This document shows positions 49,620 through 59,295 of a stretch of DNA of 64,000 nucleotides, one piece after another (position 1 is the first letter of the stretch; every line of letters starts with the position of its first letter). Below the pieces are notes generated by a model, which was given only the letters and a program-made list of their open reading frames with translations, was not told where the DNA came from and made no database searches. The position numbers and the translations under genes were made by a program. The stretch comes from a bacterium (GTDB lineage Bacteria > Bacteroidota > Bacteroidia > Bacteroidales > FEN-979), in the NCBI GenBank assembly GCA_043806735.1, contig JAZDGR010000105.1:3294-67293 (forward strand). Reading direction: 5' to 3'.

Positions 49620-50582
49620 ATGAAAGGTTCTCCCCGGATTGTTTTTTTTGGAACTCCTGAGTTTGCCGTAGAGTCACTGCAGGCAATTCTTCAGGCGGGA
49701 TTCGAAGTAGCGGCAGTGGTGACCGCTCCCGATAAACCCGCGGGCAGAGGGCTGAAGCTTTCCCCTTCCCCGGTCAAGCTATACGCTCTTTCACGGGATA
49801 TTTCTGTTCTCCAGCCGGTTCATCTGAAGAGCCAGGATTTTATCAAGGATCTGGCAGCGCTGAATGCAGATCTTTTTGTCGTGGTTGCTTTCCGGATTTT
49901 ACCACGTGAGATCTGGGGGATGCCATCGCTAGGAACTTTTAATCTGCATGCTTCCCTGTTGCCTCAATACCGGGGAGCTGCCCCCATCAACTGGGCGATC
50001 ATAAACGGTGAATCAGAGACGGGCGTCACTACTTTTTTCATCAACGACCAGATTGACACCGGAGAGATCCTCCTGCAGGAGAAAGTCTCTATCGGCAGGG
50101 ATGAAACAGCAGGCGATTTGCATGACCGCTTGATGAATATTGGGGCTGAACTAGTGGTCAGGACGATCAGGCAGATTTCCGGAGGAGGAGCAATGCCTGT
50201 CTCACAGGAGATACTGATTGCGAACGATCTGAATCTCAAACCGGCTCCAAAACTTCAAAAACTGGATTTCCGGATCGAGTGGAATGACGATGTTGCCCAT
50301 GTTTACAACCGCATCCGGGGATTGTCACCTTATCCCGGGGCCTACGCAGAAATTCCCTTAGCCGACGGATCACACCTGAAGATCCGGATTTTGGCTGCCA
50401 TTCCGGAGCCTTGCCAGGGAAGCGCTGATCTTTATCCAGGCAAGGTAATCACTGACAGGAAGCGGTTTCTCAAGGTGTTTTCCATGAACGGATTTATCCG
50501 GATAGTAACCTTGCAGCCCTCAGCTGGAAAACCGATGGATATCCGTGATTTTTTAAATGGGCACGGAAAGCTATTGCCCTGA
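49620..50582 (+). CDS. fmt: Methionyl-tRNA formyltransferase
   Basis: IVFFGTPEFAV, NLHASLLPQYRGAAPINWAIING, and the C-terminal Fmt domain. Confidence 0.93.
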   Translation: MKGSPRIVFFGTPEFAVESLQAILQAGFEVAAVVTAPDKPAGRGLKLSPSPVKLYALSRDISVLQPVHLKSQDFIKDLAALNADLFVVVAFRILPREIWGMPSLGTFNLHASLLPQYRGAAPINWAIINGESETGVTTFFINDQIDTGEILLQEKVSIGRDETAGDLHDRLMNIGAELVVRTIRQISGGGAMPVSQEILIANDLNLKPAPKLQKLDFRIEWNDDVAHVYNRIRGLSPYPGAYAEIPLADGSHLKIRILAAIPEPCQGSADLYPGKVITDRKRFLKVFSMNGFIRIVTLQPSAGKPMDIRDFLNGHGKLLP

Positions 50583-50605
50583 AACCCTTGCTAAATAAGG
50601 GTTTC
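50581..50605 (+). terminator. Hairpin at the fmt stop (no U-tract)
   Basis: gaaaccctt / aagggtttc 9-bp stem with a 7-nt loop. Weak as an intrinsic terminator. Confidence 0.3.
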
Positions 50606-50692
50606 AGACAGGAGTTATTAACAAAAATCCCGATTTATTAACATTTATAATGGTTTTGGACGATCGACCATTGACAAAACCTCTAAATAGTG

Positions 50693-50700
50693 TATATTTG
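50693..50700 (+). promoter_or_regulatory. -7 box (TATATTTG) with TTG at 50671-50673, for the HU gene
   Basis: TTG-N19-TAnnTTTG, 43 nt upstream of the ATG at 50744. Confidence 0.5.
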
Positions 50701-50743
50701 TAGGGTTTTAAAAAATGAGTATTCACTTAAAAAACGAAACGAA

Positions 50744-51016
50744 ATGAACAAAGCTCAATTAATCGAAGCTATTGCAGCTGAAGCAAAAATGACAAAAGCA
50801 GATGCCAAGAGGGCACTGGAAGCCGTTGTTGGCGCAACCACCAAAGCTTTATCAAAGGGTGAAAGAGTTGCATTAGTTGGTTTTGGTTCTTTCGCAGTTT
50901 CCAAAAGAGCTGCTCGGAAAGGCCGCAATCCACAAAATGGAAAAGAGATCAAGATCGCAGCCAAGAAAGTTGTGAAATTCAAAGCTGGCGCTGAATTAGC
51001 GAAGAAAGTCAAGTAA
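50744..51016 (+). CDS. hup: HU-family DNA-binding protein
   Basis: 90 aa from the internal Met: [14 protein letters not shown]...[26 protein letters not shown]. Confidence 0.9.
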   Translation: MNKAQLIEAIAAEAKMTKADAKRALEAVVGATTKALSKGERVALVGFGSFAVSKRAARKGRNPQNGKEIKIAAKKVVKFKAGAELAKKVK

Positions 51017-51040
51017 GGAAACCTGATCTTGATGAACAAA

Positions 51041-51072
51041 GGGCGACCCATGCGGTCGCCCTTTTATTTTTT
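51041..51072 (+). terminator. Rho-independent terminator after the HU gene
   Basis: gggcgacc (51041-48) / ggtcgccc (51054-61), then TTTTATTTTTT. Confidence 0.75.
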
Positions 51073-51660
51073 CAGAAACCGGTACGGCAGGAGGGCATCT
51101 TTTCCTGCATAATTTACCCCTATCCTTGTTGAAACGAGGATCTCATGAGGGAGAATTTGTTTGCCTGGTTCTTCAATCCAGATGGCTGGTTCCGTTTTGT
51201 TTCCAGGTTTTCTGGTCAGATCCAGCCCCGTATGAGAGAAATGGATCCCGAGGGCTTTTGAAACTTTCCCGGGGCCATCCATAATTGTATTCTGCGTCCC
51301 TGTTTTTCCCAAACGTTTTTGCATCAAACCGAACCCATCCTCGGGTTGGATCCCCCTGATAAGGATTGCATGAGGAATATTGGCCTGGTTGGTCACTACA
51401 TTGAAAAGGGAATGAACTCCGTAACAGAGATAGATGTATGCAGTGCCACCAATCCGGTACATGACTTCTGTTCTGGCTGTTCTTCGGCCTCCGAATGCGT
51501 GGGAAGCCCTGTCTGTTACTCCCGTATAAGCTTCGGTTTCTGTGATGAATCCGGAAGTCAGGTTCCCATCGAAACGGGTCACGAGTAATTTTCCGAGAAG
51601 ATCTCTGGCGATTTCCACGACGTCGGGACGAAGATAGAAGGAGCGGGGAAGCATGTTCAA
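51064..51660 (-). CDS. DNA-3-methyladenine glycosylase (Mpg/AAG family)
   Basis: FYLRPDVVEIARDLLGKLLV, ETEAY, YIYLCYGVHSLFNVV. Confidence 0.85.
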   Translation of the reverse strand: MNMLPRSFYLRPDVVEIARDLLGKLLVTRFDGNLTSGFITETEAYTGVTDRASHAFGGRRTARTEVMYRIGGTAYIYLCYGVHSLFNVVTNQANIPHAILIRGIQPEDGFGLMQKRLGKTGTQNTIMDGPGKVSKALGIHFSHTGLDLTRKPGNKTEPAIWIEEPGKQILPHEILVSTRIGVNYAGKDALLPYRFLKK

Positions 51661-52463
51661 TTACGAATGTTTTTTCTACAGTCAAAACTGACATATGGGA
51701 TGCTCATAGTGAGTTCGCCTTTTTTCAGTGCTTCTTCATTGAGTTTGTTCTCCAACGCCGCAAAAACATCCTGAACCAGATTACCGGGAACAATTTCTTT
51801 CCATGAGCCCAGGAAGTAGTTCCGGATCAAATAGTGCCGGAAGAAGGCGGTTCCACTTGTAAACCGGTATTTAAAGCCGTCGATCTGGATAGTCCGGATC
51901 GTGAATCCGTTATGCTGAATCAGTTCCTTCATGTACTCGACCGGTTTCCGTTTGGCAGAGATATGGTTATGCATCCTCGTAATCTCCTCAGGTAACTCAA
52001 ATTCCTGAAGTGTTTCCGCGAAACGATCGTAAAACTCGATCATTGTGTGGGGCAAGTTCATAGTGATCACCATTTGCGATCCGGGCTTCCCGACCCGGAA
52101 GCATTCACGGAAAGATCGCTGCTGGTCTTCTACATTGTTCAACCCGTTGTTTGAAATGATCAAGTCAAACCAATCGTTTTCAAAAGGCAGATTTTCAGCA
52201 GCGCCCTGTATAATCTCCGCATTCCGGATCACTTTCAGGCGGATCTTTTCCCGGATCATTGAAATTGAATCTTCCGAAGGGTCAATGCCCGTGACCTTTC
52301 CCGGAGATCCAAGCCGCTCCGCGACTTCGAGCATGGGGAATCCGCTGCCACTCCCTATATCCAGGACCTGCATTCCCGGCTTAAGACGGATCGTATCAAG
52401 CAGCATCAGACCGAACGGAGCCGACCAGAGGGGAAGTTCGTCGTAGGTAAAATTACTGGCCAT
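51657..52463 (-). CDS. Class I SAM-dependent methyltransferase
   Basis: Motif I VLDIGSGSGF and post-I/II DLIISNNGLNN. 4-nt overlap with the downstream glycosylase gene. Confidence 0.7.
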   Translation of the reverse strand: MASNFTYDELPLWSAPFGLMLLDTIRLKPGMQVLDIGSGSGFPMLEVAERLGSPGKVTGIDPSEDSISMIREKIRLKVIRNAEIIQGAAENLPFENDWFDLIISNNGLNNVEDQQRSFRECFRVGKPGSQMVITMNLPHTMIEFYDRFAETLQEFELPEEITRMHNHISAKRKPVEYMKELIQHNGFTIRTIQIDGFKYRFTSGTAFFRHYLIRNYFLGSWKEIVPGNLVQDVFAALENKLNEEALKKGELTMSIPYVSFDCRKNIRN

Positions 52464-52577
52464 ACTTTCTTGTTATCGGACATACTGCCACACAGATCCC
52501 ACAGATCCGGATATCCATATGGAACTGAACCCCGAAGATTTTACACTGGTGCTGGCATTTGTGGGCATCAAAGGAGG

Positions 52578-54479
52578 TTACTTCCATTTATATAAATATT
52601 CTTTGTGGGGCAAAATCTTTCCGTTATCCAACAGCCACCGAATCGCCAGGAGGACTTTGTCTTCGTGGACAGGGGACGCTGCATTAACTATCTCTTCGAT
52701 TGTGGCGGGCTGGTGTTTCAGAAACGGTTTGATCCGGGAAATGATCTCGTCGAATTCCTGCTCGTTCAGGCCGAGTTTGTTGCGTTCGAGACACACGTCG
52801 CATTTGCCGCATCGCTGGGACCTGGTTTCGCCGAAATAGGCAAGCAGGGCCTGGCTCCGGCATCTGTGGGTTGAGGCTGCGTACCCGATCAAATCGTCAA
52901 GCCGCCGGGTGGCTTCAAGTAGCCTGAGCCGGTAATTCTCCGGTGAAATATAGAGGTCCCTCATAGCGATCCGTTCCTGAAGGAATACGATAGCCGGTTT
53001 GGTGGTTTGGGGAATGTAATCAAGGATACCCTGTTTATCCAGGTATTTAAGGTTTTTGATAACCTGATCGGTGGTCAGCTCCAAACGACGGGCCAGTTCG
53101 GCTTCATGGATAATCACAAAATCGGTAAAGAGGCCCGGGTAGGAGCGAAGGAGTGTTTTCAGAAAATGGTCATAGGTTTCGTTGGCGACCTGGAACCGGT
53201 ACAACGCTTCTTTCCGGGCTTTGATAAAGATCCGGGACGGGTTGTTCAACCCCTCATTCAGTGCAACATATCCTTCCTTTTCCAGGAACTTCAATGCGCT
53301 AAATACAATTACTGTCTGGAATTTAAACTGTTCACAAAAGCGGGTGATGTCAAATTCAAAGGATTCGTAACACCCGTTGCCGACCGGCAACTGGAAATAG
53401 TTGCCCAGCGCCTGGTAGATCTGTCTAATGGCATCCAGTTCAGGGTAGGCGGTTTTCAGGTTGTGTTTGGCATCGAGCACATCTGCCTCTTCATATAGCA
53501 GGATTGCGTAAGAACGTTTCTGATCGCGGCCACCGCGGCCCGCTTCCTGGAAGTAGGCTTCGATGCAATCGGGGAAATCAAGGTGTACCACGAACCTGAC
53601 ATTGGGTTTATCAATTCCCATTCCGAACGCATTGGTGGCAACGATCACCCGTTTCTCTTCTTTCATCCATGCCAGTTGCCGTTTGTCCCGGGTTTTCGGA
53701 TCCAGTCCGGCATGGTAGTAGTCGGCAGAGATGTTGTTTTTTACCAGGAAAGAGGAAATTTCTTTAGTTTCCCTGCGGTTCCGCACATAAATGATTCCGG
53801 GGCCGTTGACTTTCCGGATAATCCGCAGAAGGCGGTTGAGCTTATCTTCCTCTTTGATGACAAAATAGATTAAATTTTTCCGCTCGAAACTTTGCTGGAA
53901 CAGGTTTTCTTTCCGGAAGTGCAGTTTTTGCTGGATATCTTTCACCACGTTCGGGGTAGCGGTGGCGGTCAGTGCCAGCACAGGTATGCCGGGGATCAAC
54001 GGCCGGATATCGGCAATGTTAAGGTAAGGCGGACGAAAATCGTATCCCCATTGGGAGATGCAATGAGCTTCGTCGACAGCCAGCAGGTTCACCTTCATTT
54101 TTCCAATTGTATCGCGCATGAAGATGGTTTCCAGCCGTTCGGGAGAGATATAGAGAAGTTTTGTGTTTCCGAATTTGGCGTTGGAGATCACCAGGTCAAT
54201 TTCATCGCGGTGCATCCCGGAATGGAGGGCTGCGGCAGCAATGCCCCGCTTCTTCAAGTTGTCGACCTGGTCTTTCATCAGAGCGATGAGCGGCGAGATC
54301 ACAAGGCAAAGGCCGTCCCTGGCGAGGGCCGGGATCTGGTAGCAGATCGATTTCCCGCCTCCCGTAGGGAGCAGCGCCAGGGTGTCATTTCCGTTGAGAA
54401 CAGATTCGATGATCTCTTCCTGTAATGGACGGAAAGAGGCGTAACCCCAGTATTTCAACAGTATTTGCCGGAGTTCCAC
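52578..54479 (-). CDS. recQ: RecQ-family ATP-dependent DNA helicase
   Basis: LPTGGGKS, DEAH box (VDEAHCISQWGYDFRP), QEAGRGGRD, and zinc-binding C..C..CGKCDVC. Confidence 0.9.
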   Translation of the reverse strand: MELRQILLKYWGYASFRPLQEEIIESVLNGNDTLALLPTGGGKSICYQIPALARDGLCLVISPLIALMKDQVDNLKKRGIAAAALHSGMHRDEIDLVISNAKFGNTKLLYISPERLETIFMRDTIGKMKVNLLAVDEAHCISQWGYDFRPPYLNIADIRPLIPGIPVLALTATATPNVVKDIQQKLHFRKENLFQQSFERKNLIYFVIKEEDKLNRLLRIIRKVNGPGIIYVRNRRETKEISSFLVKNNISADYYHAGLDPKTRDKRQLAWMKEEKRVIVATNAFGMGIDKPNVRFVVHLDFPDCIEAYFQEAGRGGRDQKRSYAILLYEEADVLDAKHNLKTAYPELDAIRQIYQALGNYFQLPVGNGCYESFEFDITRFCEQFKFQTVIVFSALKFLEKEGYVALNEGLNNPSRIFIKARKEALYRFQVANETYDHFLKTLLRSYPGLFTDFVIIHEAELARRLELTTDQVIKNLKYLDKQGILDYIPQTTKPAIVFLQERIAMRDLYISPENYRLRLLEATRRLDDLIGYAASTHRCRSQALLAYFGETRSQRCGKCDVCLERNKLGLNEQEFDEIISRIKPFLKHQPATIEEIVNAASPVHEDKVLLAIRWLLDNGKILPHKEYLYKWK

Positions 54480-54487
54480 AAGAGTCG

Positions 54488-56050
54488 TTATTCAGCGATT
54501 TTGTAAACCGAATCGAGTACGGTCCCGTCCACCCATTTGATCACGGCGACGATCTCGTCGGTACATTGGGGTTTTGCAGGTTTCCCGCAAATGCGTTCGG
54601 CTTCTTCTTTCAGTTCCTGAATGGTCCTGATCGGAAGAGAGGTTTTTTCCATCTTTTCAATCAGGTCGGTCCGAAGCGGATTGATGGCGATCCCCCGTTC
54701 CGTGACAATCACATCGATCAATTCACCCGGACCACACAGGGTGGTCACTTCATCCCGGATAACGGGGATTCTGTCGCGGAAAAGCGGGACCGGCAAAATG
54801 ACTGTCTTACCAAAGAGGGTATTCATCCATCCGCCGATGCCGTGAAGCAGTAATCCGTCAGAGTGGGTGACCACGTTGGCGTTGAAATTTACATCCACTT
54901 CGGTAGCGCCAAGGATCACCACATCCACCATCGAAGAGAAATTTCCTTTTCCGTGGTAGTTGTAACTTGTAAATGGACTAGTGTTCACATGGTTTGGATT
55001 GTCCCGCATCGATCTTACCCCGTCAAGGTCGAAGGTCTGCCCGTCGAGGATGTATTCGGTGAGGCCTTCTTCGAGCATTTTAACCAGGTATTTGTTGCTT
55101 CCTCCTCGTGCAAAGCGGGCTTTCCATCCACGTTCCCGGAGGATATCGGCAAAATAGATCCCAATGGAGAGGGCGGTTCCCCCGGCCCCTGCCTGGAATG
55201 AAAATCCGTCGTGGATCAGTCCGGCTTCATCGCAGAACTGCGCGCTCCACTCAGCCAGGAGAAGCCTGTCGGAACTCTTTGTAACTTCGGTGGTGCCGGA
55301 AACGATCTTTTCGGGGATCCCGATTTTATCCACCACCACTACATAATCGACGTAATTTCCATGGATCTGCCAGGGGATGCATGGAAATGGGATGAGATTG
55401 TCGGTAACAACGATCACTTTGTCAGCATACTGCGAGTCAGCCAGTGCGAAACCCAACAGTCCGCAAGCGGCAGGACCGTTGACCCCGTTGGCATTGCCGA
55501 AGGGGTCGGCTGTAGGGGCCGCAATGACCGCGATATCGATATGAACTTCCCCATCCTGGATAGCCTGGTAACGACCTCCATGGGAACGAAGTATGCCGAG
55601 ACCTTTCATTTTCCCTTGGGAAGTAAATTTTCCCAGGGCGCCGTTCATGCTTCCTTCAATGTGGTCTATTGTTCCATCTTCAAGGTATTTGATCAACGGT
55701 TCATGGCAGGGGAAGGAGGCTGACGGGAACCACATCAGGTTTTTCACACCGATCTTCTTGGCTGCGTCAAAAACGGGCACGGCAACCAGATCTCCGTTGC
55801 GGAAATGGTGGTGGGTTGAGAGGGTCATCCCGTCCCGGATGCCGCATTTGATCAGGGCTTCTTTCAGGGAAGCAACGACTTTGTTCCCGTCGGGGGGATA
55901 GTCGGAGCAACTTACCAAAGGCGGGGCTGCTTTGGTACCCGACGGTTTGTGCTTTCCGATCCCCATATAGGGCACAGCAAGTTTCCCGTTGATCACGGTT
56001 GGAACGATGCGGCCGGCCGCGTTGGTTACAAGTTTATCATATTTGCTCAT
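54488..56050 (-). CDS. citF: Citrate lyase alpha subunit (citrate CoA-transferase)
   Basis: 520 aa. THHHFRNGD motif and overall CitF pattern. Overlaps the citDE stop by 14 nt. Confidence 0.85.
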   Translation of the reverse strand: MSKYDKLVTNAAGRIVPTVINGKLAVPYMGIGKHKPSGTKAAPPLVSCSDYPPDGNKVVASLKEALIKCGIRDGMTLSTHHHFRNGDLVAVPVFDAAKKIGVKNLMWFPSASFPCHEPLIKYLEDGTIDHIEGSMNGALGKFTSQGKMKGLGILRSHGGRYQAIQDGEVHIDIAVIAAPTADPFGNANGVNGPAACGLLGFALADSQYADKVIVVTDNLIPFPCIPWQIHGNYVDYVVVVDKIGIPEKIVSGTTEVTKSSDRLLLAEWSAQFCDEAGLIHDGFSFQAGAGGTALSIGIYFADILRERGWKARFARGGSNKYLVKMLEEGLTEYILDGQTFDLDGVRSMRDNPNHVNTSPFTSYNYHGKGNFSSMVDVVILGATEVDVNFNANVVTHSDGLLLHGIGGWMNTLFGKTVILPVPLFRDRIPVIRDEVTTLCGPGELIDVIVTERGIAINPLRTDLIEKMEKTSLPIRTIQELKEEAERICGKPAKPQCTDEIVAVIKWVDGTVLDSVYKIAE

Positions 56051-57257
56051 GGTTTGCTCTCCAGTTTTCGTCCAGTTTGCTCATATTTACTGCCAGTTTG
56101 ATCGTGTTCAGCGCGCGCTTGACAACGGGGAGATCAATCATTTTGCTACCCAGCGCAACTACTCCCAGCCCTTTCGCTTCCGCTTCATCAAAAGCCAGCA
56201 CGATCTTTTTTGCTTTCTCAATCTCTTCCGGGGAAGGGGTAAATGTTTCGTGGATTACCCGGATCTGGCGGGGATGAATACAGCCCATACCGTCAAATCC
56301 AAGCGCCTTGGACCGAAGAACGTTTTCCCGGAGTCCTTCCATATCGGCTATGTCGGAAAAGACCGAGTCAATCGGCTGGATGCCGGCAGCCCGGGCAGCA
56401 TTTACCACCATGCTGCGAGCAAAGAAACTTTCAGTCCCTTCGGAGGTCCGCCTGGTCCCAAGGTCGGCCGTATAATCCTCCAGTCCGATCGCAATAGCTA
56501 CCACATGTTCGGATGAGCTTGCGATCGGATAAGCATTCAGGACTCCTTTCGCACTTTCGATGATGGACATGATCCAGACCGGATGAGGTATCTTGTGCTT
56601 CTTCCTGAGCTCCTGGATCCGAAGGTTGATGGAGAGGACCTCGTCTGCTTCCTCGCATTTCGGGAGGAGTATCAGATTGACAGTGTGTGGGATCACGAAA
56701 TCCAGGTCGGCAAGGCCGCGTTCTCCCTGGTTTATCCGTACCATACGTTCGGCGCCATAGAAATCAACTCCGCGCAAGGCATTTCTGACCAGGAAGCGAG
56801 CTTCGTCCTTTTTATCCGGAGCCACGGCATCTTCCAAATCGAGAATCACGCCATCGGGATGATGAATGCCGGCATTGATCATAAGTGCAGGGGTGTTGCC
56901 CGGGAGGTAGAGCCGCGAAAACCGGTTCCGGTTTCTGGGGGTACCTGCCTGATTCGGGGGTAGAACAGGGAGCAAATACTCTTTTTGCGACCGGATCCGT
57001 TTTTTTATAGCAGCTTCCAATCGCGCTGCAATGACAAACGGAAGCGCTCCAGAGTCCACAATCTGTACTTTTGCGTGTTTTATGTCAAAAAAATCCAGTA
57101 TTTCGTGGATCTGTCTCCGAATATCCTCCCCGTACATTACATCCACTTTGGAAGCAAGTTCAAGCTGTATTCCTCCCGTATCGGCAAGTTCAAGGGTTAT
57201 CTGGCAGTCGGAACGAACTCCTTTGCCTTTGTTCCCAGTGATAGCAATTTCCCCCAT
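56037..57257 (-). CDS. Fusion of citrate lyase acyl carrier protein (CitD) and the beta subunit (CitE, citryl-CoA lyase)
   Basis: From Met 57257, the first ~85 aa are CitD-like (...VRSDCQITLE...IVDSGALPFVIAARLEAAIKK). A linker follows, then CitE (SRLYLPGNTPALM...ILDLEDAVAPDKKDEAR). The total of 406 aa is close to my recollection of about 400 aa for separate CitD plus CitE. Confidence 0.8.
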   Translation of the reverse strand: MGEIAITGNKGKGVRSDCQITLELADTGGIQLELASKVDVMYGEDIRRQIHEILDFFDIKHAKVQIVDSGALPFVIAARLEAAIKKRIRSQKEYLLPVLPPNQAGTPRNRNRFSRLYLPGNTPALMINAGIHHPDGVILDLEDAVAPDKKDEARFLVRNALRGVDFYGAERMVRINQGERGLADLDFVIPHTVNLILLPKCEEADEVLSINLRIQELRKKHKIPHPVWIMSIIESAKGVLNAYPIASSSEHVVAIAIGLEDYTADLGTRRTSEGTESFFARSMVVNAARAAGIQPIDSVFSDIADMEGLRENVLRSKALGFDGMGCIHPRQIRVIHETFTPSPEEIEKAKKIVLAFDEAEAKGLGVVALGSKMIDLPVVKRALNTIKLAVNMSKLDENWRANHEQI

Positions 57258-57327
57258 GGATTGAAGATTATTGTTTATTAATTCACTGTCAAAATTACTA
57301 ATTTTGTCCATAGCAATAAAGGAGAGT

Positions 57328-59295
57328 ATGGTAAAGCGACCAGCGAAAAAGATAACCGGCGGGATCAAGAAATCCAGGAAAAACAAACTTTCAGGGAATA
57401 TCTACGTAGTCATGTTCCTCAAATTGCTGGTCGTATTGCTCCTTTTTTTTATTTCGAGGATTGTATTTTACCTGTTCAACCTGCATTATTTCAGTACCGT
57501 TTCTTCCGGTGAGTTATTCCGTATTTTCCTGGCAGGATTCCGGTTCGATATTTCTGCTGTGCTGATGCTTAACCTTCCCTTTATTCTTCTCAACTCCATC
57601 CCTTTCCGATTCCGGTACAAGAAGGTTATCCAGGGATTTGCAAACGCCTGGTTTTACCTTATGAATCCCATCGGACTGATGACCAACTTTGTCGATACGG
57701 TTTATTTCCGGTTTACCCTGAAACGGATGACGGCAGATATCTTCAAGTACCTAAAAGTGGGCGGGGACTTTGACCGGTTGGTTCCGCAGTTCATCTATGA
57801 CTTTTGGTATATCATATTGGTCTGGATAGGATTTGTCATTATCATGATCCTGCTCTGCCGGAAGATCCGTTTGAAAGGGACTCCCGCCAAAGGAAAACAC
57901 TTCGCATATTATTCCCTCAATACACTGGCGTTTGCTTTGACAGGCTTTTTATTTGTCATCGGTTTCAGGGGAGGATTCCAGCTCAGACCTGTCAGTGTAG
58001 TCACTGCAGGACAGTATACCATTGCCAGAAATGTTCCTTTGTTATTGAACAGCCCGTTCAGTATTTTCAAGACCTATTTCCATCCGAGCCTGGAACCGAA
58101 AAAATATTTTTCATCCGAATCCGAGTTGAGCCAGGTTTATAACCCGGTCCACAAAGGGAAAAAGAGTGGTTTCAAAGCATACAATGTACTCATCATCATC
58201 ATGGAGAGTTTTTCCCGCGAACATATTGGGTTTCTCAACAAGCATCTGGAAGAGGGGCAATACCGCGGATTTACACCGGTATTTGATTCCCTGATACAGC
58301 AAGGCGTTTATTTTGAGGGGTTTGCCAATGAAAAAACATCCATCATGGCTGTCCCGGCAATTTTATCCGGTATTCCCTGCCTGATGAATGATGCGTTTAT
58401 TCAATCAGCCTATTCCGGGGATAACTTTACCAGTATTGCCGGTTTGCTGAAACCCAAGGGGTATACGTCTGCTTTCTTTCACGGGGGGACAAACGGGACC
58501 ATGGGATTTGATGTCTATGCCAGGCTGGTTGGGTTTGATAAGTATTATGGCAGGTCGGAATACAACAATGAGAAAGACTATGACGGGAAATGGGGCATCC
58601 GGGATGAAGAATTTTTCCAGTTTACTGCACAGCGCCTGGATGAGTTGAAACAACCTTTTGTCGCAGTTCTGTTTTCGCTCTCTTCGCACCATCCTTATTA
58701 TGTTCCCGGTAAGTACAAGCATATGTTCCGTAAGGGGAAGCTGCCTATCCAGCAGAGCATTATGTATGCGGACTATTCTCTGGGGCAGTTCCTAAAATCA
58801 ATCAGCAAAATGCCTTGGTATAAAAACACCGTTCTGGTAATCACTGCCGATCATACCTCGGAGGGCTTTTATCCTTATTATCAAACTCCTGCCGGACAGT
58901 ATGCCATCCCCATCCTATTCCTTTTCCCGGATAAAGCGAAAAAGGGAATTTACCTGGAAATCGCACAGCAAACCGATATCATGCCAACGGTGTTGAACTA
59001 CCTGGGATTTGACAAAGATTTCATTGCCTTCGGGTCTGACATGCTGGACCCTTTGGGAGTTCATTTTTCAGTGCATTATCCCATGGGTCTCTATTCCCTG
59101 ATCAAAGACGGGTATTACCTGGAGTTTGACGGGGTTCAGAGTATCGCCTTATACGACCTGAAGAAAGACTCCCTTCAGAAATCTAATCTGATCGGATCCA
59201 AACCTGGGGTAAAGGAAAGAATGGAGAAGTTTCTCAAAGCCTATATCCAGCAATACAACAACCGGGTGATCGAAAACAGGCTTACTGCAGAGTAA
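57328..59295 (+). CDS. LtaS/OpgB-like sulfatase-family phosphoglycerol (or similar) transferase, membrane-anchored
   Basis: Five N-terminal TMs, then an alkaline-phosphatase-superfamily domain (NVLIIIMESFSREHIG, FFHGGTNGTMGFD, SSHHPY, ITADHT). The start is uncertain (57271, 57328 or 57412). Confidence 0.7.
   Translation: MVKRPAKKITGGIKKSRKNKLSGNIYVVMFLKLLVVLLLFFISRIVFYLFNLHYFSTVSSGELFRIFLAGFRFDISAVLMLNLPFILLNSIPFRFRYKKVIQGFANAWFYLMNPIGLMTNFVDTVYFRFTLKRMTADIFKYLKVGGDFDRLVPQFIYDFWYIILVWIGFVIIMILLCRKIRLKGTPAKGKHFAYYSLNTLAFALTGFLFVIGFRGGFQLRPVSVVTAGQYTIARNVPLLLNSPFSIFKTYFHPSLEPKKYFSSESELSQVYNPVHKGKKSGFKAYNVLIIIMESFSREHIGFLNKHLEEGQYRGFTPVFDSLIQQGVYFEGFANEKTSIMAVPAILSGIPCLMNDAFIQSAYSGDNFTSIAGLLKPKGYTSAFFHGGTNGTMGFDVYARLVGFDKYYGRSEYNNEKDYDGKWGIRDEEFFQFTAQRLDELKQPFVAVLFSLSSHHPYYVPGKYKHMFRKGKLPIQQSIMYADYSLGQFLKSISKMPWYKNTVLVITADHTSEGFYPYYQTPAGQYAIPILFLFPDKAKKGIYLEIAQQTDIMPTVLNYLGFDKDFIAFGSDMLDPLGVHFSVHYPMGLYSLIKDGYYLEFDGVQSIALYDLKKDSLQKSNLIGSKPGVKERMEKFLKAYIQQYNNRVIENRLTAE

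Noticed and set aside
51173-51694. A 173-aa minus-strand ORF in an alternative frame of the glycosylase gene.
   Set aside because: The 51064..51660 frame carries the Mpg/AAG motifs. The alternative frame is Arg/Ser-rich noise.
53892-54425. A 177-aa plus-strand ORF antisense to recQ (also 53007..53498).
   Set aside because: It is a shadow of the strongly supported recQ frame.
55211-56516. Plus-strand ORFs of 170 and 175 aa antisense to citF and citDE.
   Set aside because: They are shadows of well-supported citrate lyase genes.
57258-57386. A 43-codon N-terminal extension of the citDE ORF, and the 57271 start of the LtaS-like ORF, which overlaps it.
   Set aside because: CitD homology starts at the Met at 57257, and the total length then matches CitD plus CitE. 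The extensions would make divergent genes overlap with no promoter space.
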